Positions 50,670 through 61,260 of a DNA stretch of 64,000 bases are shown here, one piece after another. The position numbers and the translations under genes are program-made. The stretch's first letter is position 1; each line of letters starts with the position of its first letter. The notes below the pieces were generated by a model. That model was not told the DNA's origin. It saw only the letters and a list, made by a program, of their open reading frames with translations, and did not search any database. Origin of the DNA: Candidatus Dormiibacterota bacterium (lineage in GTDB: Bacteria; Chloroflexota; Dormibacteria; Aeolococcales; Aeolococcaceae); assembly GCA_963709585.1 (NCBI GenBank), contig CAVPXI010000014.1, positions 64,001 to 128,000 on the forward strand. Reading direction: 5' to 3'.

Positions 50670-52982
50670 GTGATCCTCCGTCGCCGCCGTCCGATGGCAA
50701 CATTCTTCACCGTCCTCGGACTCGCCGTCAGCGTTGCGGCGGTCGGCCTGGTCGGATCGACCGTTCCCGCGTTCGCCACGACCACCCATCCCGGGCCTCT
50801 GAATCTTGATCCTTATCTGACGATTCAGGACAAGAACCTCGACTGTGAAGCCGCCGCGCTTGCAGCCGCATTCATCGCACGAGACATATCAGTCGATACC
50901 GGAGTGGCGAATCTCCAGAACTGGATCTTCGATCAACTTCCCGACGATCGCCGAAACGCCATCAGCAGCGGAGGTCACATCACCTGGGGCGACCCGTACA
51001 CCGACTTTGTCGGCAACGTCAATGGTGTTGAAGGCTTCGGACCCGGCGACGGGTATGGCGTCTACTACCAGCCTATTGCCAATGTTGTCACCAAGGTCGG
51101 CCATACGGTGACCGCATCAACGGGATGGACCACCTCGTCCATCGAAGCGGAGATCGAGTTGGGGAATCCAGTCGTCGTCTGGATCGATTTTCGCAGCCTC
51201 TTCAGTCATGCAGGCTATGCAACCAGCACGTGGACGGCGTTTGACGGACGCAAGATCCCATACACCCTCCACGAACATGCGGTCACCGTGCTCGGCACGT
51301 ATCCGGGACATTCGGTGACGCTCCTCGATGTCTACTCGGGCAAGCAGTACACCTACTCGGAGTTGCAATTCACCTCGATGCTCTCGACGTTCGGCGGGAT
51401 GGGCGTCGCCGTCGGCCCCCCCGTGGTGGTCCCGCCGCCATATCCGGTGGTGGCGTCGCTGGCGCCGGCTGCGGGACCGGTGACCGGAGGCCAGGCGGTG
51501 ACTGTCAGCGGCACCGGGTTCGCCGCCGGGATGACCGTCACCCTGGACGGCACAGCAGTCACCGCGACCGGCATCACGAGCACCTCATTCGATCTCAGGA
51601 CGCCCGCTCACGCGGCCGGGTACGCCCAGCTGAAGGTCACGACGTCAAAGGGATCGAATCCGCTCACCGCCAATGCGGGATATGTCTTTACGGCACTGGC
51701 GAACTATGTCGCGCTCACGCCGTTTCGCATTCTCGACACCCGCGCACGGACGTGCGTGCAATGTGGCCCCGGCGGACTCGCCGCGAATCAGACCAGGACC
51801 GTGCAGATCACCGGCGTGACCGGGCCGAGCGGTGGCGCCGATCAAATTCCCGCCACGGCCACGGCGATCGTCATGAACGTGACCGCGGTGGCCAGCACCA
51901 CCGGCGGCTTGTTGACCATCTACCCCACCGGTACCGCGCTTCCTCGAGCATCGAACTTGAATTTCGGTGCAGGCACCGCAACGCCAAACCTGGTCACCGT
52001 GACCCTGGGGCAAACCAGCGTCTCCGCTGTCGAGCGTGACGTCAACATCTACAACCCGATCGGATCTCTCAATGTGGTCGCTGATGTCGAAGGGTACTTT
52101 CTTCCGGCTGCAAGCAGCGACCCCACCGGCGAGTTCCACTCCATCTCTCCGCTGCGCGTCTGTGATACCAGACCGACGCAAGCCGCCAACGCGTGCAACC
52201 AGCATGCAGGCACCGACCATCGCTTGGGGCCGAACTCGGTCGCCAAGATCAACGTCTCCGGCGTTCCGAGCGGGGTCGCCGGCACGCCGTCGAGCATCCC
52301 GAGTGACGGGACAGCCCAGGCCGCCGTCTTCAACCTCACTGCGATCGGTGGCACCGTGCCGACATACCTCAGCGTGTTCCCCTCACTCGCCGACGGTTCG
52401 TGTCGGGCCTCATCAAGCACCTCGACCCTCAACGTCGCTGGGGGTGCGACGCGGGCGAATCGTGTCATGGTGAGTTTGGGGCCCGATGCAACTGGCGGCC
52501 CTGCAACCGATGTCTGCGTCTACAATGCGGTCGGTTCCATCGACTTCGTCCTCGATGCGAACGGTTGGTTCGGATCGAGCCTGCCCTCGACGCCCCTCGG
52601 CGCTCAGTTCCAGGCGATCGGTCCAACGCGGGTCTGTGACACGCGAGCCGGCTCCGGTACACCGTGCTCGGGCCACGCTCTTGGCACAGGTGGAACCCTC
52701 CCCATCGGCGTGGCCGGTGTCGCGGGCATTCCCAAGCACGGTCCGGTCGCAGTGATTGCCAATCTCACGGCGGTGTCCCCTTCCACCACCACGTACCTCA
52801 TCGCTTATCCGGCGGACGTCACTCCTCGTCCCAACGCGTCTGACCTCAACATCGTGGGCCCGGTGCTTCCGAACCTCGTGGTGGTCGGTCTCTCGCAACT
52901 CGCTCCAGCAGGGAGCATTCGTCTGTTCAACGCCAGCGGGAACGTGAACGCTGTGCTGGACGTCGAGGGCTGGTTCCAGTAG
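50670..52982 (+). CDS. secreted C39-like peptidase + IPT/TIG domain + three C-terminal PxRxxDTR repeats
   Basis: Catalytic Cys/His in DCEAAAL and EHAVTVLG; GDPYTDFVG; TIG GPVTGGQAVTVSGTGF; repeats TPFRILDTR, SPLRVCDTR, GPTRVCDTR, each ending DxxG(Y/W)F. Confidence 0.8.
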   Translation: MILRRRRPMATFFTVLGLAVSVAAVGLVGSTVPAFATTTHPGPLNLDPYLTIQDKNLDCEAAALAAAFIARDISVDTGVANLQNWIFDQLPDDRRNAISSGGHITWGDPYTDFVGNVNGVEGFGPGDGYGVYYQPIANVVTKVGHTVTASTGWTTSSIEAEIELGNPVVVWIDFRSLFSHAGYATSTWTAFDGRKIPYTLHEHAVTVLGTYPGHSVTLLDVYSGKQYTYSELQFTSMLSTFGGMGVAVGPPVVVPPPYPVVASLAPAAGPVTGGQAVTVSGTGFAAGMTVTLDGTAVTATGITSTSFDLRTPAHAAGYAQLKVTTSKGSNPLTANAGYVFTALANYVALTPFRILDTRARTCVQCGPGGLAANQTRTVQITGVTGPSGGADQIPATATAIVMNVTAVASTTGGLLTIYPTGTALPRASNLNFGAGTATPNLVTVTLGQTSVSAVERDVNIYNPIGSLNVVADVEGYFLPAASSDPTGEFHSISPLRVCDTRPTQAANACNQHAGTDHRLGPNSVAKINVSGVPSGVAGTPSSIPSDGTAQAAVFNLTAIGGTVPTYLSVFPSLADGSCRASSSTSTLNVAGGATRANRVMVSLGPDATGGPATDVCVYNAVGSIDFVLDANGWFGSSLPSTPLGAQFQAIGPTRVCDTRAGSGTPCSGHALGTGGTLPIGVAGVAGIPKHGPVAVIANLTAVSPSTTTYLIAYPADVTPRPNASDLNIVGPVLPNLVVVGLSQLAPAGSIRLFNASGNVNAVLDVEGWFQ

Positions 52983-53042
52983 CCGAAGGGCTCGTGATCG
53001 GTACGCCGGTGCTAGGGTGGAAGTGCAAAGGAGGTAACCGCA

Positions 53043-53624
53043 ATGGCGAGACGATTCCTTGCTGGGGTCCTACTGGTCGCGGGAGGGGCCTCGATCACCG
53101 TCGGCGTTTCCCTGAACTGGGCAACGCTCCCAGGTTCCGGACAGGGTCTGAACGGCTTCACGATGGGCAGCACCAACATCGACGCGGTGGTGACCTACGC
53201 GGTGGGCGGTGTGCTCATGCTGTTCGGGCTGGTCATCGTGCTCAGGGGAGGCACCATCTCTCGCGCGCTGGGCTTCTTCGCGTCGATTCTCGCGATCGTC
53301 TGGGCGGCGGAGATCGGCTTCCTGCTGAGCAACTTCAAGCACGACATCGACCACCTGGTTCCGGCCGTGTCGCTGGCACGGGACCTGCAGGTCGGGTACT
53401 TCCTGATCGCCGGAGGAGCGCTCGTTGCGTTCCTCGGCGGACTGATCGGTGTCAGCATCCGGCGAAAGGTGAAGGCACCAGCGGTGCGACGCGAGCCGGC
53501 CCTACAGGTTGTCGGCGCGGCTGCAGTACCGCGTGCTGGAACTGCCCTCGGGGATCGATCGGCCGCGCCGACGGTCGATTCGCGCACACCCGCGGAGATG
53601 GGGATGGGCTCGCGTCGCCAGTGA
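53043..53624 (+). CDS. hypothetical membrane protein (four TM helices)
   Basis: RBS AAGGAGG; four hydrophobic segments. Confidence 0.7.
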   Translation: MARRFLAGVLLVAGGASITVGVSLNWATLPGSGQGLNGFTMGSTNIDAVVTYAVGGVLMLFGLVIVLRGGTISRALGFFASILAIVWAAEIGFLLSNFKHDIDHLVPAVSLARDLQVGYFLIAGGALVAFLGGLIGVSIRRKVKAPAVRREPALQVVGAAAVPRAGTALGDRSAAPTVDSRTPAEMGMGSRRQ

Positions 53625-53629
53625 CCGTC

Positions 53630-53670
53630 CTCCGAGCGTCGGATACCGCACCGGTTCCGACGCTCTGGAG
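53630..53670. terminator. hairpin between convergent genes
   Basis: GAGCGTCGGA(53634-43)...TCCGACGCTC(53656-65) perfect 10-bp stem. Confidence 0.55.
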
Positions 53671-53680
53671 GTGGGCAGCC

Positions 53681-56600
53681 TTAGGTGATATGGACGGTGA
53701 CGGCCGTCGATGTCGTCGAATTGCCGGCATTGTCCGTGGCCACGGCGGTCAAGGAGTAGGTTCCCCTCACCAGCTTGGTGGTGTTCCAGGCGAAGGTATA
53801 TGGGCTGGTCTTGACCGTGGCCAGTACTGTGGTCCCGTTGAGATAGAACGTCACAGTCGCAATACCCGAGGCCGCGCCCGTGCCGGTGCCCACATCGGAC
53901 GCGCTGGCCGTGACCGTCACCTTCGTGCCCAAGGCAAAGCTCGATCCCGATGCGGGCGATGTGACCGAAACCACCGGAGGTGCGGCGTCGATCTTGATTG
54001 ACTGGGACTTGACGGCTCCCTTGTTCCCGGCCACGTCCACCGAGAAGAACTTGATCGTGGCTGTTGCCGACACGGTGAAGGGCCCGGTGTAGACCGGGCT
54101 CGAGGTCGTCGGCGTCGAGCCGTCATTGGTGTAGTAGGTGGCGGCAACACCCGAGCCACCGGTGTTGTCCGTGGCCACCAGGGCGACGGTCACCGGAGTT
54201 GTCTTGTACCAGCCTGTGGAGCACGTGGTGCTGTTGCAGGTGATGGTCGTCGTCGGTGCAACCGTGTCGATCTGGATGGCCTGGGACTTGACGGCCTCGG
54301 CATTGCCGGCGTTGTCCACCGAGAAGAACTTGACGGTGGTCGTGGCCGACACGTTGAACGGCCCGCTGTAGACCGGGCTCGAGGTCGTCGGCGTTGAGCC
54401 GTTGGTGGTGTAGTAGGTGGCCTTGACACCGGAGCCACCCGAGTTGTCCGTGGCCGCCAGGGCGACGCGCACCGGAGTTGTCTTGTACCAGCCTGTGGAG
54501 CACGTGGTGCTGTTGCAGGTGATGGTCGTCGTCGGTGCGACCGTGTCGATCCCGATGGCCTGGGACTTGACGGCCTCGGCATTGCCGGCGTTGTCCACCG
54601 AGAAGAACTTCACGGTGGTCGTCGCCGACACGGTGAACGGCGCGCTGTAGACCGGGCTCGAGCTGGTTGGCGTCGAGCCATTGGTGGTGTAGTAGGTGGC
54701 CTTGACACCGGAGCCACCCGTGTTGTCCGTGGCCGCCAGGGCGACGGTCACCGGTGTGGTGTTGTACCAGGCCGTGCACGCGGCGCTGTTGCAGGTGATC
54801 GTGGTCGTCGGTGCGACCGTGTCGATCTCGATGGTCTGGGCCTTGACGGACTCGGCATTGCCCGGCCTTGTCCACCGAGAAGAACTTGACGGTGGTCGTG
54901 GCCGACACGTTGAACGGCCCGCTGTAGACCGGGCTCGAGGTCGTCGGCGTTGTGTTGTCAATCGTGTAATAGATGGCCGCGACACCCGACCCACCGGTAT
55001 TGTCCGTTGCCGTCAGGGCGACGCTCACCGGCGTTTTGTTGTACCCGCCCGAGGAGCACGCCGTGCCGTTGCAGGTGATCGTCGTCGTCGGTGCGCTGGC
55101 ATCGATCTCGATGGTCTGGGACTTGACTGCCTCGGCATTGCCGGCGTTGTCGACGGAGAAAAACTTGACGGTGGTCGTGGCCGACACCATGAAGGACGCG
55201 GTGTAGGCCGGACTCGAGGTCGTCGGCGTCGAGCCGTCAATCGTGTAGTAGGTGGCCGCGACACCCGAGCCGCCGGTGTTGTCCGTGGCCGTCAGGGCGA
55301 CGGTCACCGGAGACGTGGTGTACCAGCTCGTCGAGCACGCCGCGCTGTTGCAGGCGATGGTCGTCGTCGGCGGGGTGGTGTCGGGAAGCTGGACCTGGAT
55401 CGATTGGGTGTTGACGGTCTCGGCATTGCCGGCGTTGTCCACCGAGAAGAACTTCACGGTCGTGGTCGCCGACACGTTGAAGGGCGCGGCGTAGACGGTG
55501 CTCGAGGTGGTCGGAGTCGAGCCGTCGGTGGTGTAGTAGGTCGCGGCGACCCCGGAACCGCCGGTGTTGTCCGTGGCCGTCAAGCCGACGGTGACCGCGG
55601 AGGTGTACGCGCTCGTCGAGCACACCGTGCCGTTGCAGGCAATGGTGGTCGACGGCGCGACGGTGTCAATCTGGATCGTCTGCGAGTTGACCGCCTCGGC
55701 ATTGCCGGCGTTGTCGACGGAGAAGAACTTGACGGTGGCCGTCGCCGAAACTGTGAAGGGCCCGGTGTAGACCGAGCTCGAGGTCGTCGGTGTCGAACCG
55801 TCAGTGGTGTAGTAGGTGGCGAAGACACCGGAGCCGCCGCTGTTGTCCGTGGCGGCCAAGGTGACCGTCACCGGCGAGGTCTTGTACCAACCCGTGGAGC
55901 ACGTCGCGCTGTTGCAGGTGAGGCTGGTCGTCGGCGGGGTGGTGTCCACCGTGATCTGGATCGCCTGAGTTTTGACGGCCTCGGCGTTGCCGGCCAAGTC
56001 GATCGAATAGAACTTCACCGACTTGCTCTGAGACAACGTGAACGGCGCCGCGTAGGCGGTGGCCGTGCCGCTGGTCGTGGGGTCGCTCCCGTCGGTGGTG
56101 TAGTAGGTCGCACGGATTCCGGAGCCACCGGCATTGTCGATCGCGGACAGACCCACCTGCACGGGAAGCGCGTAGCTCGCCTGACAGGTCGTGCTGTTGC
56201 AGCTGACGCTGGTGGTCGGCGGGACCGTGTCGATCTGGATCGCCTGCGACTTGACCGCTTCCGTGTTGCCGACCTTGTCGGTGGAGAAGAACTTCACCGT
56301 GGCCGTACTCGAGACGGTGAACGGTGCGGTGTAGACAGCGCTCGCGGTGGTCGGTGTCGAACCGTCGGTCGTGTAGTAGGTCGCCGCGACCCCGGAGCCG
56401 CCGATGTTGTCGGTGGCTGTCAGCGCGACCTGCACCGCGGTGTTGTACCAGCCCGTGCCGCAGACGAGGCCGTTGCACGTGGCGGTGGTCGTCGGCGGCG
56501 TGATGTCCGGCCCGGGCGGCGCCGTGTGGCAGTTGCCGGTGCCCGAGTTCGTGAAGGTGCTCTCCCCGTTGTTGATGAAGTTCCAGCTGTAGCTGCCGTT

Positions 56601-59600
56601 GTGCAGGGTCATCTTGATGATCCCGTGCGTCGTGGCGTTCAGCACCTGGCTGTTGGGGGCTGGGCTCGCCGGCGTGTCCAGGCCGTTACCCCCGGTCCCC
56701 ACCACGAATTCCTGCACGCCATAGGTCGGGTCCAGGACCCCGCTCGCGTTCTGTGGAGCGAACCGCTCGTACCAGTGCGAACCGGCGCTGAGGACGACGT
56801 CGACGCCACCGGTGTAGAGGTCTTGCCAGATCTGCTGGTAGGTGCTGTCGCCTCCTCCGGCCGTGGAGCTGAACCGTGGGTCCTTGTAGTAGGCGAGGGT
56901 GCAGACGGAGGTGTCATGGGCCAGGTCGTTCTGAAGCCACAGGTCCTCAGCGCCTCCGGCCGCGCAGAAGGTGGCGTCTGTCTGGCACGGCGCGGTGTTC
57001 AGGGCGATCATGTGCCACGAGCCGAGGTTGTAGCTGTAGTAGCCCTTTGTAGGGTCACCGGCTGCGGCTCCGAAATACTGGTAGTAGCCTGCACCGGCTG
57101 TCGTCGGACAATCGGTGCCCCCGGTCGTGGGCAGCTCGTAGCCATAGTCGTTGTCGCCCGGGACCGGGTGTGTGATCGCCAGCTTCTGTCCCCAGCTCAA
57201 GGCGTAGGACTGCAAAAAGGCCTGGTATCCACCGCAGTTGTACTGGGTGTCGCCGATGGGCAGGACCGCATCGACGCCCGTGAGCAGCTTCTCCGTGGAG
57301 GCGGCAACGCAGTCGGGGCTTACGCCGAACCCGTTGTTGAAGGCAGGGGAGTTGGGATCGCACGCGATGTCACCCGCGGCTCCGATGATCGGGTCCGGGT
57401 TGGGCGTCACCTGGATCTGCTGCGTCTCTACCGCCTCGGTGTTGCCGGCGTTGTCAACCGAGAAGAACTCCACGGTGGTGTTTTGCGCGATCGTCCACGG
57501 GCCGGTGTACTGGGGGCTCGACGTGGTTGGGGTGGTGCCGTCGGTGGTGTAGTACGTTGCCTTCACCCCGGCGCCGCCGGCGTCCGTCGGCGACAGCGCG
57601 AGCGTCGTGGAGCCGTTGTAGGTGCTGGCCTGACACGGCGCGCCATCACAGGAGATTGTGGTGACCGGCGGGGTGGTGTCGGGTGGGAAGAGCAGCTGAC
57701 GTATGGTCTCGGTCGTGGTCCCGACCGGAGCGCCGCCTGGCTGGCCGGCGTTCTGCAGCCAGGTGACGAAGGCGCTGATTGTGTCGAGCTCGACAGCCCC
57801 TCCGGTGGCCACGCAGGCGCTGTAGCCTGCCGGGTCGTAGGTCTGCGAGCAGATGTCATGGATCACCACGGGGACCCAGCCACCGCCGTTCTGGTAGGCG
57901 GCCGTCACCGAGTTCTCGAAGTACGAGAGAGGGATCTCGTTGGTGCCGTTGCCGTTGTAGATGGTACGGGTCGCCAGCATGTTCTTGGGCGGGATGGTCT
58001 CGGAGTAGAGCGGTCCGGCGCCGACACCGGCCACGTCGATGCCACCCGCGGCTCGAGCGGTCGTGTATCCGCACCCCTGCACGATCAACTCGGCATTGGC
58101 GTTATAGGCGCCGTAGCCATACGCGAAGCCGACCGGGTCGAACCCGTGGGCGATGAGGTTCTCTCGATCGATGCAGGTGTTGTCGATCTTCTGCTGCTGG
58201 GTCGTCGCGGAGCTGGTGAGATCCATCTCCTGAAGACCGTGCCCGGCGATCTCGTCGCTGTGGTTGTAGAGAGTGGTCATCTCCGCGTAGGTCATCTCGT
58301 TGGGGTCCACGCCGACCTGGCCCGTGTTGACATAGAAGGTGGCGCGGACATTTCCGTCGGGCAGGAGCACATGTTCAAAAGCGAGGGAGTACCCGGCCTC
58401 ATAGCCGTCGTCGAAGGTGATCGTGACGATGGTCGCGAAGTTGATGGTCTGCGACTGCGGCTGCTCGGCATTGCCGGCAAGGTCGGTCGAGAAGTAGCGG
58501 ATCGTCGCATTCTGCTGGGCGGTGAAGGGACCCGTGTAGACCGTGCTCGAGGTGGTGGGCGTTGACCCGTCGATGGTGTAGTAGGTGTTGGCCACGCCCC
58601 AGCCACCGTTCGGGTTGTCCGTCGCGGTGAGGGTGACGGTCACCGGCGCTGTGTAGGGAGTGGTGGCGCACGGCGCGCCGTTGCAGCTGATGCTGGTCAC
58701 CGGTGGCGTGGAATCGGGCTGTTCCACGAGAGAGATGGACACCGAGCCGACCCCTGTGGCGTTGCCGGCGTAGTCCCAGGATTCGTAGGTGACCGTGGTC
58801 GAGGCGGTGAGTGGGAAGGTCCCGGTGTAGAGAGTGCCGCTGGTCGGCGATGGCGTGCTGCCGTCGGTGGTGTAGCGGGTGCTGGCCACCCCCGAGCCGA
58901 CATCGGTCGGCTGCAGGGTCACGTAGACGGTGCCCTGATAGGTGGTCGACAGGCACGAGGCTCCGTTGCAGGAGACGCTGCTGACCGGCGGCACCGTGTC
59001 AACCGTGGTGGCGGTGGGATGGATGGGCTCGAACACCGACCCGGCCGGGGCGCCGCCGCTCTGACCGGTGTTCTGCACCCAGGTGAGGAAGGTGTTGAGG
59101 TCACCGAGGTCGATCCAGCCCGCCACCGAGGTGCAGGTCGCGTAGTTGCTGGGGTCGAGGGTGGATGAGCAGACCCGCTGGATGACGATGGGGACCCAGC
59201 CTCCGCCGTGGGCGGCCGCCCCGGTCACCAACGCCTCCAGGTTGGCCAGGGTGACCTGCCCGGTGGGGGCGTAAGCGCGCAGCCCCAGCCAGTCCTTGGG
59301 CGGTAGGGTCTCCGCGTAGGTGGGTCCGGTGGGCGACAAGCTGCCGGCGGTGCGCGCATTGCCGTAGCCGCAGCTCTCGACCTCCTGCTCGAGACTGGCG
59401 TTGAAGAATCCTCCCGGGTAGGCGAAGGTGGTCGGGGTGATGCCGTGCTGGAGGATGGTCTGCCGGTCGTTGCAGATCTCGCCGATCTGCTGCGCGGCGC
59501 TCAGTGTGGTGAGATTCGTGTCGTCGACGGTCTTGCCGCCGATGTCGTTCCCGGCCGCAGCCAAGGCGCTCAGCTGCGCCCAGGAGAGGGTGGTCGCGCG

Positions 59601-61181
59601 GCCGATGGTGCCGCTGTTGACGTAGAAGGTCGCGGTCACGCCATGGGGCTGCAGAGCCTGCTGCCAGCCCAGGGTGTACTGACTGTAGCCGCCATTGTCA
59701 AAGGTGAGCGACACCGCCGTCTTGTACGGCTGCACCTGGACCTGCTGCGACTCCACCTGCTCGGTGTTGCCCGCGAGGTCGGTTGAGAAGAATTGGACGT
59801 TCGTCGAGGCGTTCAGCGCGAACGGCCCGGAGTACACCGGGCTCGATGTGGTCGGCGTCGAGCCGTCGGTGGTGTAGTAGGTATGAGCTACCCCCCAGCC
59901 GCCGGCATTGTCGGTGGCGTTGAGGGTCACGCTGACGGTTCCAATGTATGGAGTCGACAAGCAGGGCGCGTTGTTGCAGGCGATGGTCGTCGTCGGTGGC
60001 GTGGTGTCGGGTGGCGGCTGGATCGAGAGTGCCTGCGTGTTCACCGCCTCGGCATTGCCAGCGTTGTCCCACGAGCTGTATTCGACGGTCGTCGAGGCGG
60101 TCAGCGGGAACGGGCCGGTGTACGCGGGGCTGGTCAGCGTGGGCGTGCTGCCGTCGGTGGTGTATCGGGTCGTGGCCACGCCGGAGCCGAGGTCGGTCGC
60201 CGCGAGCGCCACCGAGACGGTTCCGCTGTACGTGCTGGACTGACACGGCGCTCCGTTGCACGAAATCAACGTCGTCGGCGCCACCGTGTCGGCTGAGGTT
60301 GCCGCAGCCCCGATGGTCTTGAAGACCGTGCCTGCGGGTGCGCCACCCGTCTGCCCGGCATTCTGCACCCAGGTCAAGAAGGTGTTGAGGTCTGCGAGGT
60401 CGATCGCCCCGGCAGACGCCAGGCATGTGCTCTCGTTGGGGTCAGTGGGAGAGCAAACCTTCTGGATCACGATCGGTACCAAGCCCCCGGTGGTCGCCGC
60501 GCCGTTCACCAGGTTCTCGAGGTTGGTCAGGGTGACCTGCACGGAGGCGGACCACGCGCGCATCGCCAGCCAATTCTTAGGCGGCGTTGTCTCCGCGTAA
60601 GTCGGCCCAGTGGGAGAGAGGCTTCCTGATGTGCGGGCGTTGCCGTAACCGCAGTTCTGAACCTCACTCTCGATCGTGGTGTTGAAGGCACCGGCCGGGT
60701 AGGCGAAGGTAAACGGCACGATGCCGTGCGACATGATGTTCAGGCGATCGCCGCAAATCTCGTTGATCTGCTGCGTGGAGGTGAGCGTGGTCAGGTTGGT
60801 GCCGTCGGTGGTCTTGCCGCCGATCTCATCGCCCGCGCCGGCGAGCGTGCCCAGCTGCGTCCACGAGATTTTAGTGGTGCTTGTTCCGGTCGCGACTGTC
60901 CCGCTGTTCACGTAAAAGGTCGCGGGAACGGCGTGCGGCTGCAGGGCCTGCTGGTAGCCGAGCGTGAACTCGCTGGCTGTGTTGTTGTCGAAGTTGAGCG
61001 AGACGATCGTCGAGGTAGCCGCACGTGCGCTGAGGACGCCCGGCCCGAACATCACGGGCGCCACCGCCACCATCGCGATCGCGAGGGCGAGGCAGACACC
61101 CGGGCGCCTCATCGAGCGGAGGTGCCCCGATTCCGTTGCGTCGTATCGCCGTTGAGTTTTTCCGCCTTCCACCTTGCTCAC
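53681..61181 (-). CDS. giant secreted protein (~2,500 aa): 3 NodB-like deacetylase domains, 1 metallophosphoesterase-like domain, 14 chitobiase-C/Fn3-like repeats, terminal Ig-like domain; +1 frameshift at ~54862
   Basis: ORF 54123..61181 joins 53681..54994 by removing one base in the CCC run at 54861-63, which restores the DxAGN of sibling repeats. Signal peptide MRRPGVCLALAIAMV...ARA (alternative start 61112). Confidence 0.85.
53990..56510 (-). repeat. nine tandem ~279-bp (93-aa) coding repeats; five more are dispersed upstream in the same gene
   Basis: Unit DT.(A/P)PTTT..CN...C...Y...V.V.L.ATDN.GGSGV.ATYYT.DGSTPTTSS..Y..PF.VSAT.TVKFFSVDNAGNAE; shadow ORFs recur at 54138, 54417 and 54696 (279-bp period). 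Confidence 0.92.
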
Positions 61182-61260
61182 CCCTTCTTGTCAACCCGGT
61201 GCACCGCTGCCTTCAGCAATGCTGTTATTCGGTCTATCGGCGTCATCGCATGTGTATTGC

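Noticed and set aside
53990-56510. CRISPR array or non-coding tandem repeat
   Set aside because: Units are ~279 bp, in frame and protein-coding, with no spacer structure. No cas genes or CRISPR arrays were seen in the window.
54696-58565. 1289-aa plus-strand ORF
   Set aside because: It is an antisense shadow of the repetitive high-GC3 giant gene, is R/G/V-rich and has no motifs.
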